IMG/VR virus record: IMGVR_UViG_3300032313_001035
From: a virus
Length of the DNA stretch: 64,000 bases
Reading direction: 5' to 3' (one strand)
Made by a program: the position numbers and the translations under genes. Positions 48,459-57,132 of the stretch are shown here, piece after piece. The notes beneath the pieces are model-generated. The model did no database searches. It was not told the origin of the DNA and saw nothing but the letters and a program-made list of their open reading frames with translations. Positions within the stretch are counted from its first letter, which is position 1. Every line of letters begins with the position of its first letter.

Positions 48459-48968
48459 ATGCACGAAATATACAATCCATTAAACTTACTAGGCAAAACT
48501 ATTGAAGTATCTTATCATCAAGACGATCTTGGAGAATACGCTAGAGTAATTGAAATCGAAGCAATTGACGGCGAAAGAGCTTTCGAAATAGTATTCGACA
48601 AATATCCAGAAATTGAAGATGATGAAAGATTCATTTGGACAACTCAAGAACCTTTTGAATTTGTTAATGGTAAAGCATGCTTCGATAATATTGGACACAT
48701 GCGTAGAATTTTCTTGACATTGAAAGAACCACATGATAATGTCGAAACAGAACAAATCACAACAGCAAACACAATGAAAACAACAATTAAAGAATTGAGT
48801 GAAAAATTAGGAGTGGATTCAGTTTACGTAAATGGTTTTATTCAAACCCTTTTGAAAATTAAAAAGGCTAGAATCGTAGGTAAGGTGGAGAAACCAAGTG
48901 GTGGTAAAGGAAAACCATCAAATATTTATGAGATCGATGATATTGATAACCTTCTAAAGGATCGATAA
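48459..48968 (+). CDS. Hypothetical protein with C-terminal winged-HTH (internal start 48774)
   Basis: MKTTIKELSEKLGV...GKGKPSNIYE; internal promoter 48714-48742. Confidence 0.55.
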   Translation: MHEIYNPLNLLGKTIEVSYHQDDLGEYARVIEIEAIDGERAFEIVFDKYPEIEDDERFIWTTQEPFEFVNGKACFDNIGHMRRIFLTLKEPHDNVETEQITTANTMKTTIKELSEKLGVDSVYVNGFIQTLLKIKKARIVGKVEKPSGGKGKPSNIYEIDDIDNLLKDR

Positions 48969-49002
48969 AACAACTCATAATTGAAAGTAAGATATTGCCC
49001 TT

Positions 49003-49317
49003 ATGGTTGAAAAAAAATTAGCACTACACGAAATAAAATATTATCACGATAATGATTTAGGATTTGTCTTTTTGGGTAATACTCCATCATCGGATAGCAG
49101 CATTCAAAAATTAGCAGATTTTTTGGTATCCATGGGTGTTTCTCAAAAATTACCAGAATGCTATATTAGGGTATCACCCACTGTTACTGCTTTCATATAC
49201 GCTAAAGATTCTGGATACAAGTCTGGAGCGTTTTATCAAGCTTGTCAACGAGTCGAATTGCGTGGTGTTTATCGCGTAGAATCGTTGGGATATTTTTTGG
49301 ATAATCTTGCAAAGTGA
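49003..49317 (+). CDS. Hypothetical protein
   Basis: ORF. Confidence 0.5.
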   Translation: MVEKKLALHEIKYYHDNDLGFVFLGNTPSSDSSIQKLADFLVSMGVSQKLPECYIRVSPTVTAFIYAKDSGYKSGAFYQACQRVELRGVYRVESLGYFLDNLAK

Positions 49318-49335
49318 TAAAAACCACATTAAAAT
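49318..49335 (+). promoter_or_regulatory. TAAAAAC-box promoter
   Basis: TAAAAACCAC-AT-TAAAAT; ATG 6 nt downstream. Confidence 0.7.
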
Positions 49336-49341
49336 TGCACC

Positions 49342-51282
49342 ATGATAACGAACTTAGCAGCATCACCTATTTATACACAAGGTATTGACCATGACCAAAT
49401 ATCTTCCATGGATATGGATTTGGAAGGTATGAAACAAGCATGTCAAATTTTCCGCGATAATATCTATACCGATAAAATCTTGGCAGTTGTCCGTGAATGG
49501 ACGTGCAATGCGGTGGATGAGCATGTGAAACATAATATCAATAAACCTGTCAGAATAGGTATCGTCGATAGTAAATTCTTCGTCAGAGACTTTGCAATGG
49601 GTCTTGATGACAATGGCATTCGAAATATTTTCGGTAAGTATTTCCGTTCTACCAAATCTAATTCTGATCAACCGATTGGTGGATTTGGTGTTGGTGCAAA
49701 GGCTGGTCATTGCTATAATGACGTATTTTACGTCACATCATTTCACAATGGTCTCAAAACCCAATACTCTTGCATTTTGGGTGGCGATGAATCGGGAGCA
49801 TCGATTGGTCAAGTTATCGAATTGTCTCAAGAACCCACAACTGAAAGTGGTTTGTTGGTAGAGATTGATTTGAATAATCACTACGATACAAGAATTTTCT
49901 ATGATAAGATGAAGAAAATGCAGAAGTTTATGAACTCCTGCCCAGTAGAAATTTTTTGGCAAGGTAAAATCGACGATGCGTTTGAAAAGACATTCATCTT
50001 TGAAAAAGATGGTATCAAAGTCTACAACATCAAAGATACTGAAAATGAAAAGTATTTTATTACTATGGGTGGTGTTTATTACAAAACCCCTGATAGCTTC
50101 AAGAATTTTTCTTTTAGAAATAGTATAACCCCACATACGCATAATTATATTCAGATCGATGTTCCTATTGGATTTTTCGATGTTCCGATTTCCAGAGAAT
50201 CATTTAGAGATGGGCAAAAATTTAAAAGTAACATTGAGAAATGTGAGAAAATAATGTTGGAATACTTTGAAAGTGAAAAGTCTTCTTTGAAGAAACTAGA
50301 CATTTTCGATATTATTAATGATGTTCCAACCAATACTCAATTTTTTAACTATACAAAATCCAACTTCATGGCAGCTGATTTGGTCATGGCGTTGTTTAAA
50401 ATCGGTAGTGTTGGTGATAACACATCACCTTTTATCATGGATAAAAAATCTGTGGTGGTTGCTACAGTATCCAATCACTATGCCCACAAGCATAATCAAA
50501 TCGATAATCTTACTAAGTTTGCAAAAGAAAATAATTTTCGGATTTTAACTATTTCTGAAAATGATGCCTACACCACAGCTGGCACTTTGAGCAAACATGG
50601 ATTGGATGGAGTGTTGAAATTCAAAAAATGCCGATCAGTATTACCTAAAAATAAAACATCCAAGTTGGATGATGGCACATACAGTATCTATCGTCGTGGT
50701 TATGGTAATCATATTCGTCTTACACCTTTGGAATTACATAACGCTTATCAAGGCACTAACCACATGACAATAGAGGAAGTGCAGGGATATATCGAAGATA
50801 TATTTGATAACGGTGATATGTATAGCATTAAAAAAATTGTCATGACTGATAACGGATTTATCGACAAATATTCTTTTAGAAGTAATAAACTCATACAATC
50901 TTTGAAATCCATGGGGTATTACGAATTTACCGATGCTGAATATTCATCTCGTAGATCAGAACTCGAAAGAGAACACGCTAAAATCTATAGTGAATTTGAA
51001 ACATTATATAATAATTATACTAAAGTTAGAAAGTTTTTGTCACCAACGACTAGATCTTTATTGGATAAAAAATCCAGTGATAGTAAAAGTTCTTTTATTA
51101 AAAAATATTCTTGCCGCATAAAAGATTTCAATAATATCATCAGTAATTATATTAATACTGAAGATGTCTCAGCTAAAATCTTGTTGCAATTATTGACACA
51201 ATCTCGATATGTTGATATTCCTTATACGGACATCAAAAAAGTTCTCAAAGTTGCTAAAAAAAATATTGACATCGTCAAATAA
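49342..51282 (+). CDS. rIIA: RIIA-like protein (GHKL ATPase N-terminus)
   Basis: IYTDKILAVVREWTCNAVD; VRDFAMGL; STK..IGGFGVGAK; ISRE. Confidence 0.88.
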   Translation: MITNLAASPIYTQGIDHDQISSMDMDLEGMKQACQIFRDNIYTDKILAVVREWTCNAVDEHVKHNINKPVRIGIVDSKFFVRDFAMGLDDNGIRNIFGKYFRSTKSNSDQPIGGFGVGAKAGHCYNDVFYVTSFHNGLKTQYSCILGGDESGASIGQVIELSQEPTTESGLLVEIDLNNHYDTRIFYDKMKKMQKFMNSCPVEIFWQGKIDDAFEKTFIFEKDGIKVYNIKDTENEKYFITMGGVYYKTPDSFKNFSFRNSITPHTHNYIQIDVPIGFFDVPISRESFRDGQKFKSNIEKCEKIMLEYFESEKSSLKKLDIFDIINDVPTNTQFFNYTKSNFMAADLVMALFKIGSVGDNTSPFIMDKKSVVVATVSNHYAHKHNQIDNLTKFAKENNFRILTISENDAYTTAGTLSKHGLDGVLKFKKCRSVLPKNKTSKLDDGTYSIYRRGYGNHIRLTPLELHNAYQGTNHMTIEEVQGYIEDIFDNGDMYSIKKIVMTDNGFIDKYSFRSNKLIQSLKSMGYYEFTDAEYSSRRSELEREHAKIYSEFETLYNNYTKVRKFLSPTTRSLLDKKSSDSKSSFIKKYSCRIKDFNNIISNYINTEDVSAKILLQLLTQSRYVDIPYTDIKKVLKVAKKNIDIVK

Positions 51283-51304
51283 TCTGGTAATATATAAACA
51301 CAAT

Positions 51305-52315
51305 ATGAAATACATCATCAACGAAGTTGGAGTGGTTCTCTTCAAAGACGGTAAACCCACTAAAATCGAAAACACAGACAAGCGATATGCGCGAGTCATT
51401 GCCGCTCTTAAATTACCTCTCGGTGAACAAGATGCTGCTATTGATGAAGCATTGGTGAATATCAACTTTAATAAAGATATTGAATCGAAAGGATTTTGTG
51501 TGAATTATTCGACTGGTGAAGTCACCTACAAAGGTGAACATCTACCTACTCCTCTCGCACAAAAAGTTATGTCACTGATTGAAGAAAACCTTCCTGTCAC
51601 TTTGTTGGAGCGTTTTTGGGAAAATCTTAAACTCAATCCATCTTACAATTCAATTCGAGAATTATATGATTTCCTTGCTTATAAGGAATTGCCTATCACA
51701 GAGGATGGTTGCTTCTTGGCATATCGTGGACTGCGAGAAGATTATTATTCCGTCAATGGCAATACTTCAACTAAAGTGTTGCAAGGAATGGTGGATTCAC
51801 AAGGTCATATTTATAATGGTGTGGGAGAACATATCGAAGTATTTCGTGGAGATGTTGATGATGATCGAAATCATCATTGCTCACAAGGTATCCATGCTGG
51901 TTCGTATGACTATGCTAAAAACTGGTCTCGTGGCAAATTGGTTGTCGTTAAAATCAATCCTAAAGATGTCGTAAGTGTTCCATCCGATTGCAATTGTCAG
52001 AAACTTCGTTGCTGTGCTTACACGGTTATTAGCGAAATTGAGCACGAAATCAAAGATATTGCCACCGACGAAAACGGTGAAGGTATTACTGATGAAGATT
52101 ATTCGGAAGAAGCAGCACAACGTTATATCGTAATCGATAGAGTTGATAAATATATTTCACGTAAACGTGATCAAGGTGTTAAGACATTGACACTTAAATC
52201 GATACAGAGTTGTTTCTCTCCTGATTGTCCTAGCACAATTGAAATCATTGATGCTTTAAATTATCTCGGTCTTGTATGGAGATTTGAGGGTAACTCTAAA
52301 GTTGTTGATATTTAA
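51305..52315 (+). CDS. rIIB: RIIB-like protein
   Basis: NPS..ELYDFL..LPITEDGCFLAYR; CSQGIHAG; NPKDVVSVPSD..KLRCC. Confidence 0.92.
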   Translation: MKYIINEVGVVLFKDGKPTKIENTDKRYARVIAALKLPLGEQDAAIDEALVNINFNKDIESKGFCVNYSTGEVTYKGEHLPTPLAQKVMSLIEENLPVTLLERFWENLKLNPSYNSIRELYDFLAYKELPITEDGCFLAYRGLREDYYSVNGNTSTKVLQGMVDSQGHIYNGVGEHIEVFRGDVDDDRNHHCSQGIHAGSYDYAKNWSRGKLVVVKINPKDVVSVPSDCNCQKLRCCAYTVISEIEHEIKDIATDENGEGITDEDYSEEAAQRYIVIDRVDKYISRKRDQGVKTLTLKSIQSCFSPDCPSTIEIIDALNYLGLVWRFEGNSKVVDI

Positions 52316-52317
52316 TC

Positions 52318-52878
52318 GTGAAATTTTGTCGGTATTGTATCATGAATGTAATACTTTGCTTGCCTGTAGTTGGGCAAGCAAAGTATCTCGAATCTGGTAT
52401 AGCTTCTATTTATTCAGTGAATACTAATGGTGGAACTATCACAGCATCTGGTATACCACTCAAAGATAATGATTTAACCGCTGCACATAAAACATTACCA
52501 TTCGGTTCTTACGTTAAGGTAGTGTGTGCAAAAACTAAAAAATCAGTAGTAGTTAAAATAATTGATAGAGGACCATATATGAAAGGTCGTGTTATCGATT
52601 TAACACCCGCAGCAGCACAGGCTATAGGACTAGATCGAAAACGTGGTATTACCAAGGTGACTTTATACAAAGATGTTCCTTCTTTATCCAATTCCAAAAC
52701 TAAAGCTTTGAAAGTAACCCCTGCGAATGGAGCACCTTTTGTTGATACAAAACCTCAAAATGAAACAGAAACCGTGAAAAATAATAATTATAAATGGGTA
52801 GTAGTGCCATTAGTTGTGGTATATGTGATATATCAAATTAAAAAATGGTGGACAAATAAAAATAACGTGGTAAAATAA
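52318..52878 (+). CDS. RlpA-like DPBB lytic transglycosylase with C-terminal TM helix
   Basis: GIASIY..TASG..LTAAHKTLPFG..IIDRGPY..GRVIDLT. Confidence 0.88.
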   Translation: MKFCRYCIMNVILCLPVVGQAKYLESGIASIYSVNTNGGTITASGIPLKDNDLTAAHKTLPFGSYVKVVCAKTKKSVVVKIIDRGPYMKGRVIDLTPAAAQAIGLDRKRGITKVTLYKDVPSLSNSKTKALKVTPANGAPFVDTKPQNETETVKNNNYKWVVVPLVVVYVIYQIKKWWTNKNNVVK

Positions 52879-52884
52879 AATTTT

Positions 52885-53127
52885 ATGAAAACAGTAAACG
52901 AAAAAACAAATAGAAAAAATAAGCAGTGGCTCAGGAATCCAGATCAACGGAAGAACAAAAAATTGTTTAACGTTCAGATGGTGCAAATGAAAGATGGTTC
53001 TTTCCATATTCTTGGTGGTGGAGCTAGAGTGGAAATTGGTGTGAATCAACATCGTTCTGAATGGGTAAATGTTGATGTTCGCGACCTAGCGACTGAAATG
53101 CGATTGAATGGTGTTCGTTCTTTTTAA
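52885..53127 (+). CDS. Hypothetical protein
   Basis: ORF. Confidence 0.55.
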   Translation: MKTVNEKTNRKNKQWLRNPDQRKNKKLFNVQMVQMKDGSFHILGGGARVEIGVNQHRSEWVNVDVRDLATEMRLNGVRSF

Positions 53128-53141
53128 GAAAAACATTTGAA

Positions 53142-53159
53142 TAAAAACTACTGTATAAT
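53142..53159 (+). promoter_or_regulatory. TAAAAAC-box promoter for tRNA cluster
   Basis: TAAAAACTAC-TG-TATAAT. Confidence 0.75.
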
Positions 53160-53171
53160 AAATACAGTAAA

Positions 53172-53246
53172 TCCCATGTAGCTCAATGGTAGAGCGGTGC
53201 GCTGTTAACGCATAGGTTGTAGGTTCGAGTCCTACCGTGGGAGCCA
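53172..53246 (+). tRNA. tRNA-Asn(GTT)
   Basis: TCCCATG/CGTGGGA acceptor; loop CTGTTAA; GGTTCGAGTCC; CCA. Confidence 0.95.
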
Positions 53247-53255
53247 AAAATTTAT

Positions 53256-53331
53256 TGCGGGATGGAGCAGTTGGTAGCTCGTTTGGCTCATAACCAAAAG
53301 GTCGTCGGTTCAAGTCCGACTCCCGCGACCA
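53256..53331 (+). tRNA. tRNA-Met(CAT), initiator-like
   Basis: TGCGGGA/TCCCGCG with non-Watson-Crick 1:72; loop CTCATAA; GGTTCAAGTCC; ACCA. Confidence 0.92.
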
Positions 53332-53341
53332 ATTAAATAAT

Positions 53342-53417
53342 ACTAGTCATCGTCTAAATGTTAAGACCTCACGACAGTACGTGGGAAATGTAGGCTACAA
53401 TCTACTGGCTAGTACCA
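53342..53417 (+). ncRNA. Non-canonical tRNA-like RNA
   Basis: ACTAGTCA/TGGCTAGT+ACCA; D stem GTCT/AGAC; CTCACG/CGTGGG with 6-nt loop; T arm lacks TTC. Confidence 0.65.
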
Positions 53418-53437
53418 ATTTACCTAAGCGGGCTCAC

Positions 53438-53525
53438 GAAACGTAGGGACGGGCTCTTCCAACAGCGTAATGGCTGTAGCTTTCGAGCGAAGAGTATGTA
53501 TATCTTGCAGAAGCGTTTCAAACCA
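53438..53525 (+). ncRNA. Putative structured small RNA
   Basis: GAAACGT/GCGTTTC, GCTCTTC/GAAGAGT, ACAGC/GCTGT, GCT-TTCG-AGC; ends ACCA. Confidence 0.5.
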
Positions 53526-53539
53526 ATTAAATAATAAAT

Positions 53540-53806
53540 ATGAAAGTAATATATTTATCAATTGCATTACTATCTTCTTGCGCTCACACGAAAATTTATT
53601 CTCGTGATGGTAAGAAAATTTTTAAAACGCAAGCTGATATTGAAAACATGAGCTATGTTCAAAATTCTGATGGTAGTATTGAATGGAAAGTTGAGAAACT
53701 GAACCATTCAATTCCTACAGAGTCACAGGGCAAAGCAGCATCAGGTAAAATCAATGCTGTATCCGCAGGATTGATAGGAATAGGTGTCGGCTCACTAATT
53801 AAATAA
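53540..53806 (+). CDS. Lipoprotein
   Basis: MKVIYLSIALLSS-C lipobox; TAAATA upstream. Confidence 0.7.
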   Translation: MKVIYLSIALLSSCAHTKIYSRDGKKIFKTQADIENMSYVQNSDGSIEWKVEKLNHSIPTESQGKAASGKINAVSAGLIGIGVGSLIK

Positions 53807-53901
53807 TTTTTGCGAGAGGGTGTCTAAACTGCTTGGTCCGTCAGTTGAACTTGCAAAGGGTAAGAATCCAAATCGAACCTTGTCAACGGACCTTCACTTT
53901 A

Positions 53902-53919
53902 TAAAAACAACATTAAAAT
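53902..53919 (+). promoter_or_regulatory. TAAAAAC-box promoter
   Basis: TAAAAACAAC-AT-TAAAAT. Confidence 0.65.
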
Positions 53920-53932
53920 AACTGCGTAACAT

Positions 53933-54097
53933 ATGAATAAAAATACACGACAAGCACGTAATGCTGGTTTCGCCAGTAAAAAAGACCAGAACAACAATGG
54001 CACTAGAATCTTTGCAGGTTCGAACTGTGATACTAGCTGGGATAATCCCAACAGTAAACACCGCAAGCGCAAGCAATACGGTCGTCAACCAGCATAA
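53933..54097 (+). CDS. Small basic protein (54 aa)
   Basis: MNKNTRQARNAGFASKK...KHRKRKQYGRQPA; between promoter and tRNA. Confidence 0.5.
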   Translation: MNKNTRQARNAGFASKKDQNNNGTRIFAGSNCDTSWDNPNSKHRKRKQYGRQPA

Positions 54098-54105
54098 TCA
54101 CTATA

Positions 54106-54179
54106 ACTTCGGTAGCTCAGATGGACAGAGCACAGCATTGATAAAGCTGATGTCGTTGGTTCGAATCCAACCCGAAGTT
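54106..54179 (+). tRNA. tRNA-Ile(GAT), imperfect
   Basis: ACTTCGG/CCGAAGT; loop TTGATAA; A:A at the loop-proximal anticodon-stem pair; no encoded CCA. Confidence 0.75.
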
Positions 54180-54189
54180 TCATATTTTT

Positions 54190-54669
54190 ATGAGTAATTA
54201 TTCTATAGAACGTGGTGATGCTTTAGACTATGACCCAAGCAAACAAACTTTGATTGCTCATGTGGTCAATGATAAAGGTTTGTGGGGTGCTGGATTTGTT
54301 GTCGCTATTTCTAATAAATGGACACAACCTGAAACTTACTATCATCGTTACATAAAAAATGCAATTGATAGTAATCGATCTGTTTTAGGTGAAGTTCAAT
54401 TTATTGATGTTGAGTCGTGTGTTACTATAGGTAACATGTGTGCGATGTCGGGAGTCTACAATCACAATAACAAAACACCGTTGTGTTACGATTCTTTGAG
54501 AAAATGTCTTATTACTCTAAGAAAAAAAGCCGAAAGAGATTCTTTCGATATTGTTCAGATGCCTCAGATTGGTGCGGGATTAGCTCGTGGTGATTGGAAT
54601 ATTATTGAAAAAGATATTAAAGATATTTTTTTCGGTTCTTCTGTAAATGTCATAATTAAAATTTTATAA
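54190..54669 (+). CDS. Macrodomain protein
   Basis: GDA; IAHVVN..GLWGAGF; MPQIGAGLARGDW. Confidence 0.88.
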   Translation: MSNYSIERGDALDYDPSKQTLIAHVVNDKGLWGAGFVVAISNKWTQPETYYHRYIKNAIDSNRSVLGEVQFIDVESCVTIGNMCAMSGVYNHNNKTPLCYDSLRKCLITLRKKAERDSFDIVQMPQIGAGLARGDWNIIEKDIKDIFFGSSVNVIIKIL

Positions 54670-54670
54670 T

Positions 54671-54913
54671 ATGGATATTGAAGAAATATTCTACCCCAAA
54701 GAAGTCGAATCTCTCCTGAGCGATCTTTGGGGTACTATGAGAAATGCGCCAACAGAACGTTGGCAAATGCCTCGGACAACTGGTTTCCAACGTCTTGTTG
54801 ACTTTCGATTATGGCGTGGTATAATTCAAGAACAAATCAACAGCAATGCTTCAAACAGAACTAAATCGCCTGACATCAGGACTATATTGCCTACCCATAC
54901 GGAAGCTTCGTGA
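54671..54913 (+). CDS. Small hypothetical protein (possible diverged micro-gene)
   Basis: MDIEE start. Confidence 0.4.
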   Translation: MDIEEIFYPKEVESLLSDLWGTMRNAPTERWQMPRTTGFQRLVDFRLWRGIIQEQINSNASNRTKSPDIRTILPTHTEAS

Positions 54914-55061
54914 TGAGTTGTGGGAGGATGTAATACAGCTACAATTAAATGATGATATAGACGATATTGTACATGATAATGTTAGAAGACGGTCATTATT
55001 AAGCCACATTGCTGGGAACATAGGTTGGGAATTATTTGAAAGAGGACAAAATGAAAGATAA
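54846..55061 (+). CDS. Small hypothetical protein (possible diverged micro-gene)
   Basis: [17 protein letters not shown] periodicity. Confidence 0.4.
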   Translation: MLQTELNRLTSGLYCLPIRKLRDELWEDVIQLQLNDDIDDIVHDNVRRRSLLSHIAGNIGWELFERGQNER

Positions 55062-56157
55062 TAAAAATAATATGAAAAAAGCTATTATAACAGGCATCAC
55101 AGGTCAAGATGGATCTTATCTCGCTGAACTATTACTTGAGAAAGGTTATATTGTTCATGGAATTAAAAGACGTTCATCTTCCTTTAACACACAACGACTC
55201 GATAAATTCTTCGAACATCCTAACCTCCACCTGCACTATGGCGATCTAACTGATTCGAGTAATCTAATAAAGTTGATTGCTGAAATTGAACCAGATGAAG
55301 TATACAACTTAGGAGCACAATCTCATGTAGCTGTATCATTTGATTTACCAGAATATACTGCTGATGTTAATGCATTAGGTACACTGAGATTGCTCGAAGC
55401 GATTCGTTTTCTCAAACTTGAGAATAAAACTCGCTTCTATCAGGCATCGACATCTGAACTATTCGGCTCATCTGAACCACCCCAATCAGAACTAACACCA
55501 TTCCATCCTCGATCTCCGTATGCAGTATCTAAGCTCTATGCGTACTGGATTGTTAAGAACTATAGAGAAGCATATGGAATGTTTGCGTGTAATGGTATAT
55601 TGTTCAATCACGAATCACCTCGTAGAGGAGAGACATTTGTAACACGAAAGATTACTCGTGGTATTGCAGAGATCTCTCTTGGTGTTAAGAGCGAGCTACG
55701 ACTCGGTAATCTTGATGCTAAACGCGATTGGGGTCACGCAAAGGATTATGTATATATGCAATGGTTGATGCTTCAGCAAGATCATGCTGAAGACTTTGTC
55801 ATTGCGACGAACAAACAAATCTCTGTTCGTGAATTTGTTCGCATGTCTGCACGTGAGGCAGGTATGGAACTGGAATTTCATGGCGATGGGATTGAGGAGA
55901 CTGGGATTGTCAAATCCATACTTGATGATCAGAAAGCCCCAGCAGTTAATGTAGGGGACGTTGTTATAAGAGTCGATGCTCGTTATTTCCGACCAGCAGA
56001 AGTGGAAACACTCTTAGGCGATCCTTCTAAGGCAAAAGAAAAACTTGGGTGGTCTCCTGAAATTACTGTGGAGCAAATGTGTGCGGAAATGGTTGCTTCC
56101 GATCTTGCAGAATTACGCCGACATACCCTCCTTCAAAATTATGAGCATCGAAAATGA
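55051..56157 (+). CDS. gmd: GDP-mannose 4,6-dehydratase
   Basis: [17 protein letters not shown]; LGAQSHV; [10 protein letters not shown]; [16 protein letters not shown]; RDWGHA; RPAEV. Confidence 0.97.
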   Translation: MKDNKNNMKKAIITGITGQDGSYLAELLLEKGYIVHGIKRRSSSFNTQRLDKFFEHPNLHLHYGDLTDSSNLIKLIAEIEPDEVYNLGAQSHVAVSFDLPEYTADVNALGTLRLLEAIRFLKLENKTRFYQASTSELFGSSEPPQSELTPFHPRSPYAVSKLYAYWIVKNYREAYGMFACNGILFNHESPRRGETFVTRKITRGIAEISLGVKSELRLGNLDAKRDWGHAKDYVYMQWLMLQQDHAEDFVIATNKQISVREFVRMSAREAGMELEFHGDGIEETGIVKSILDDQKAPAVNVGDVVIRVDARYFRPAEVETLLGDPSKAKEKLGWSPEITVEQMCAEMVASDLAELRRHTLLQNYEHRK

Positions 56158-56338
56158 AATCACTGGATCATTCATCTTAAATGATTTGTTATATGCAATG
56201 AGTGGAGCTTGTCTTGACCGTTTGTCTGCTAAGAGTTACCCTGATAATCTTCACACTGATGTATGGTATGCAGTCGACTGGCAAGTGAGAAGTGCAATCC
56301 AAAATGAGATGAGAGAATATGAGCACAGCATCAAATAA
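56141..56338 (+). CDS. Micro-protein family member
   Basis: [26 protein letters not shown]. Confidence 0.6.
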   Translation: MSIENEITGSFILNDLLYAMSGACLDRLSAKSYPDNLHTDVWYAVDWQVRSAIQNEMREYEHSIK

Positions 56339-56519
56339 TATATTTATTCCAAGTTCTTTGCCAGATGAGGCATGGACAATTAAAGATATTATAAGTGAGC
56401 AGTTCGAATTTGATCTTATATTTGATATCTGCGATGCTCTTAAACTTGATGACAATGGGGATATTTTCTGGATTCTGAGGGGAGAGGTCTTTTATAACAA
56501 ATCGATTATAACAAAATAA
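56319..56519 (+). CDS. Small hypothetical protein in micro-gene array
   Basis: Overlapping ORF of the same size. Confidence 0.45.
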   Translation: MSTASNNIFIPSSLPDEAWTIKDIISEQFEFDLIFDICDALKLDDNGDIFWILRGEVFYNKSIITK

Positions 56520-56521
56520 AT

Positions 56522-56743
56522 ATGAAAGAAATTCCCAAACATATACCAATCTATAGCACCGTTTGCGATCTTGAATTTAACGCAATTCATGGTAGTATTC
56601 GTAAACATGTTAGAGATAGCATTCATCACGAAACACGCTATGATATAGATGATAAGTTGGATTGGATTGTCTCTGATGCCATATTCGTCTCTGTGAGTAA
56701 TAATGTAAATGGGACACTACAAGATTATGAATTTAAGAAATGA
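56522..56743 (+). CDS. Micro-protein family member
   Basis: SIRKHVRDSIH..SVSNNV..QDYEF. Confidence 0.55.
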   Translation: MKEIPKHIPIYSTVCDLEFNAIHGSIRKHVRDSIHHETRYDIDDKLDWIVSDAIFVSVSNNVNGTLQDYEFKK

Positions 56744-56942
56744 ATTGGTTATAAACCAGATAATAAGGAACAATATGGCGAGTATGAAGGAATCTATTGC
56801 CGCATCCCTCCGCGAAATCACTATGAATAACATCTGTGTAGCAGTGGGATATGGATCAGTCAATGGCGATGTTGTCAATGCGTGTGTTACGATCAACACC
56901 AATATACGCGAGGAAGTAAAAGAGTATGGGTATAGTAAATGA
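56727..56942 (+). CDS. Micro-protein family member
   Basis: MNLRNEL..AVGYGSVNGDV..KEYGY. Confidence 0.55.
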   Translation: MNLRNELVINQIIRNNMASMKESIAASLREITMNNICVAVGYGSVNGDVVNACVTINTNIREEVKEYGYSK

Positions 56943-57132
56943 AATAGATGACTCAGTTAATGGCTCAGTTAGTGACTCAGTTTATGACTCAGTTCATGAC
57001 TCAGTTCGTAACTCTGTTCGTTACTCAGTTATTGACTTAGCTTATGGTACAGTTTGTGGCTCAGTTCATAGCTCAGTTCGCAACTCAGTTCATAACAATG
57101 TAGAGAGTGAAATAGAAGGGTATGAATATTAA
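56926..57132 (+). CDS. SV-repeat micro-protein
   Basis: xSVx tetrapeptide repeats. Confidence 0.7.
   Translation: MGIVNEIDDSVNGSVSDSVYDSVHDSVRNSVRYSVIDLAYGTVCGSVHSSVRNSVHNNVESEIEGYEY

Noticed and set aside
53418-53500. Theta/HDV-like ribozyme after the tRNA-like gene
   Set aside because: Could not fit a convincing P1.1/L3; kept as an unknown structured RNA
53086-54197. ORF-track calls 53086-53313, 53894-54088 and 53961-54197
   Set aside because: They overlap tRNA genes or a better small ORF; likely spurious
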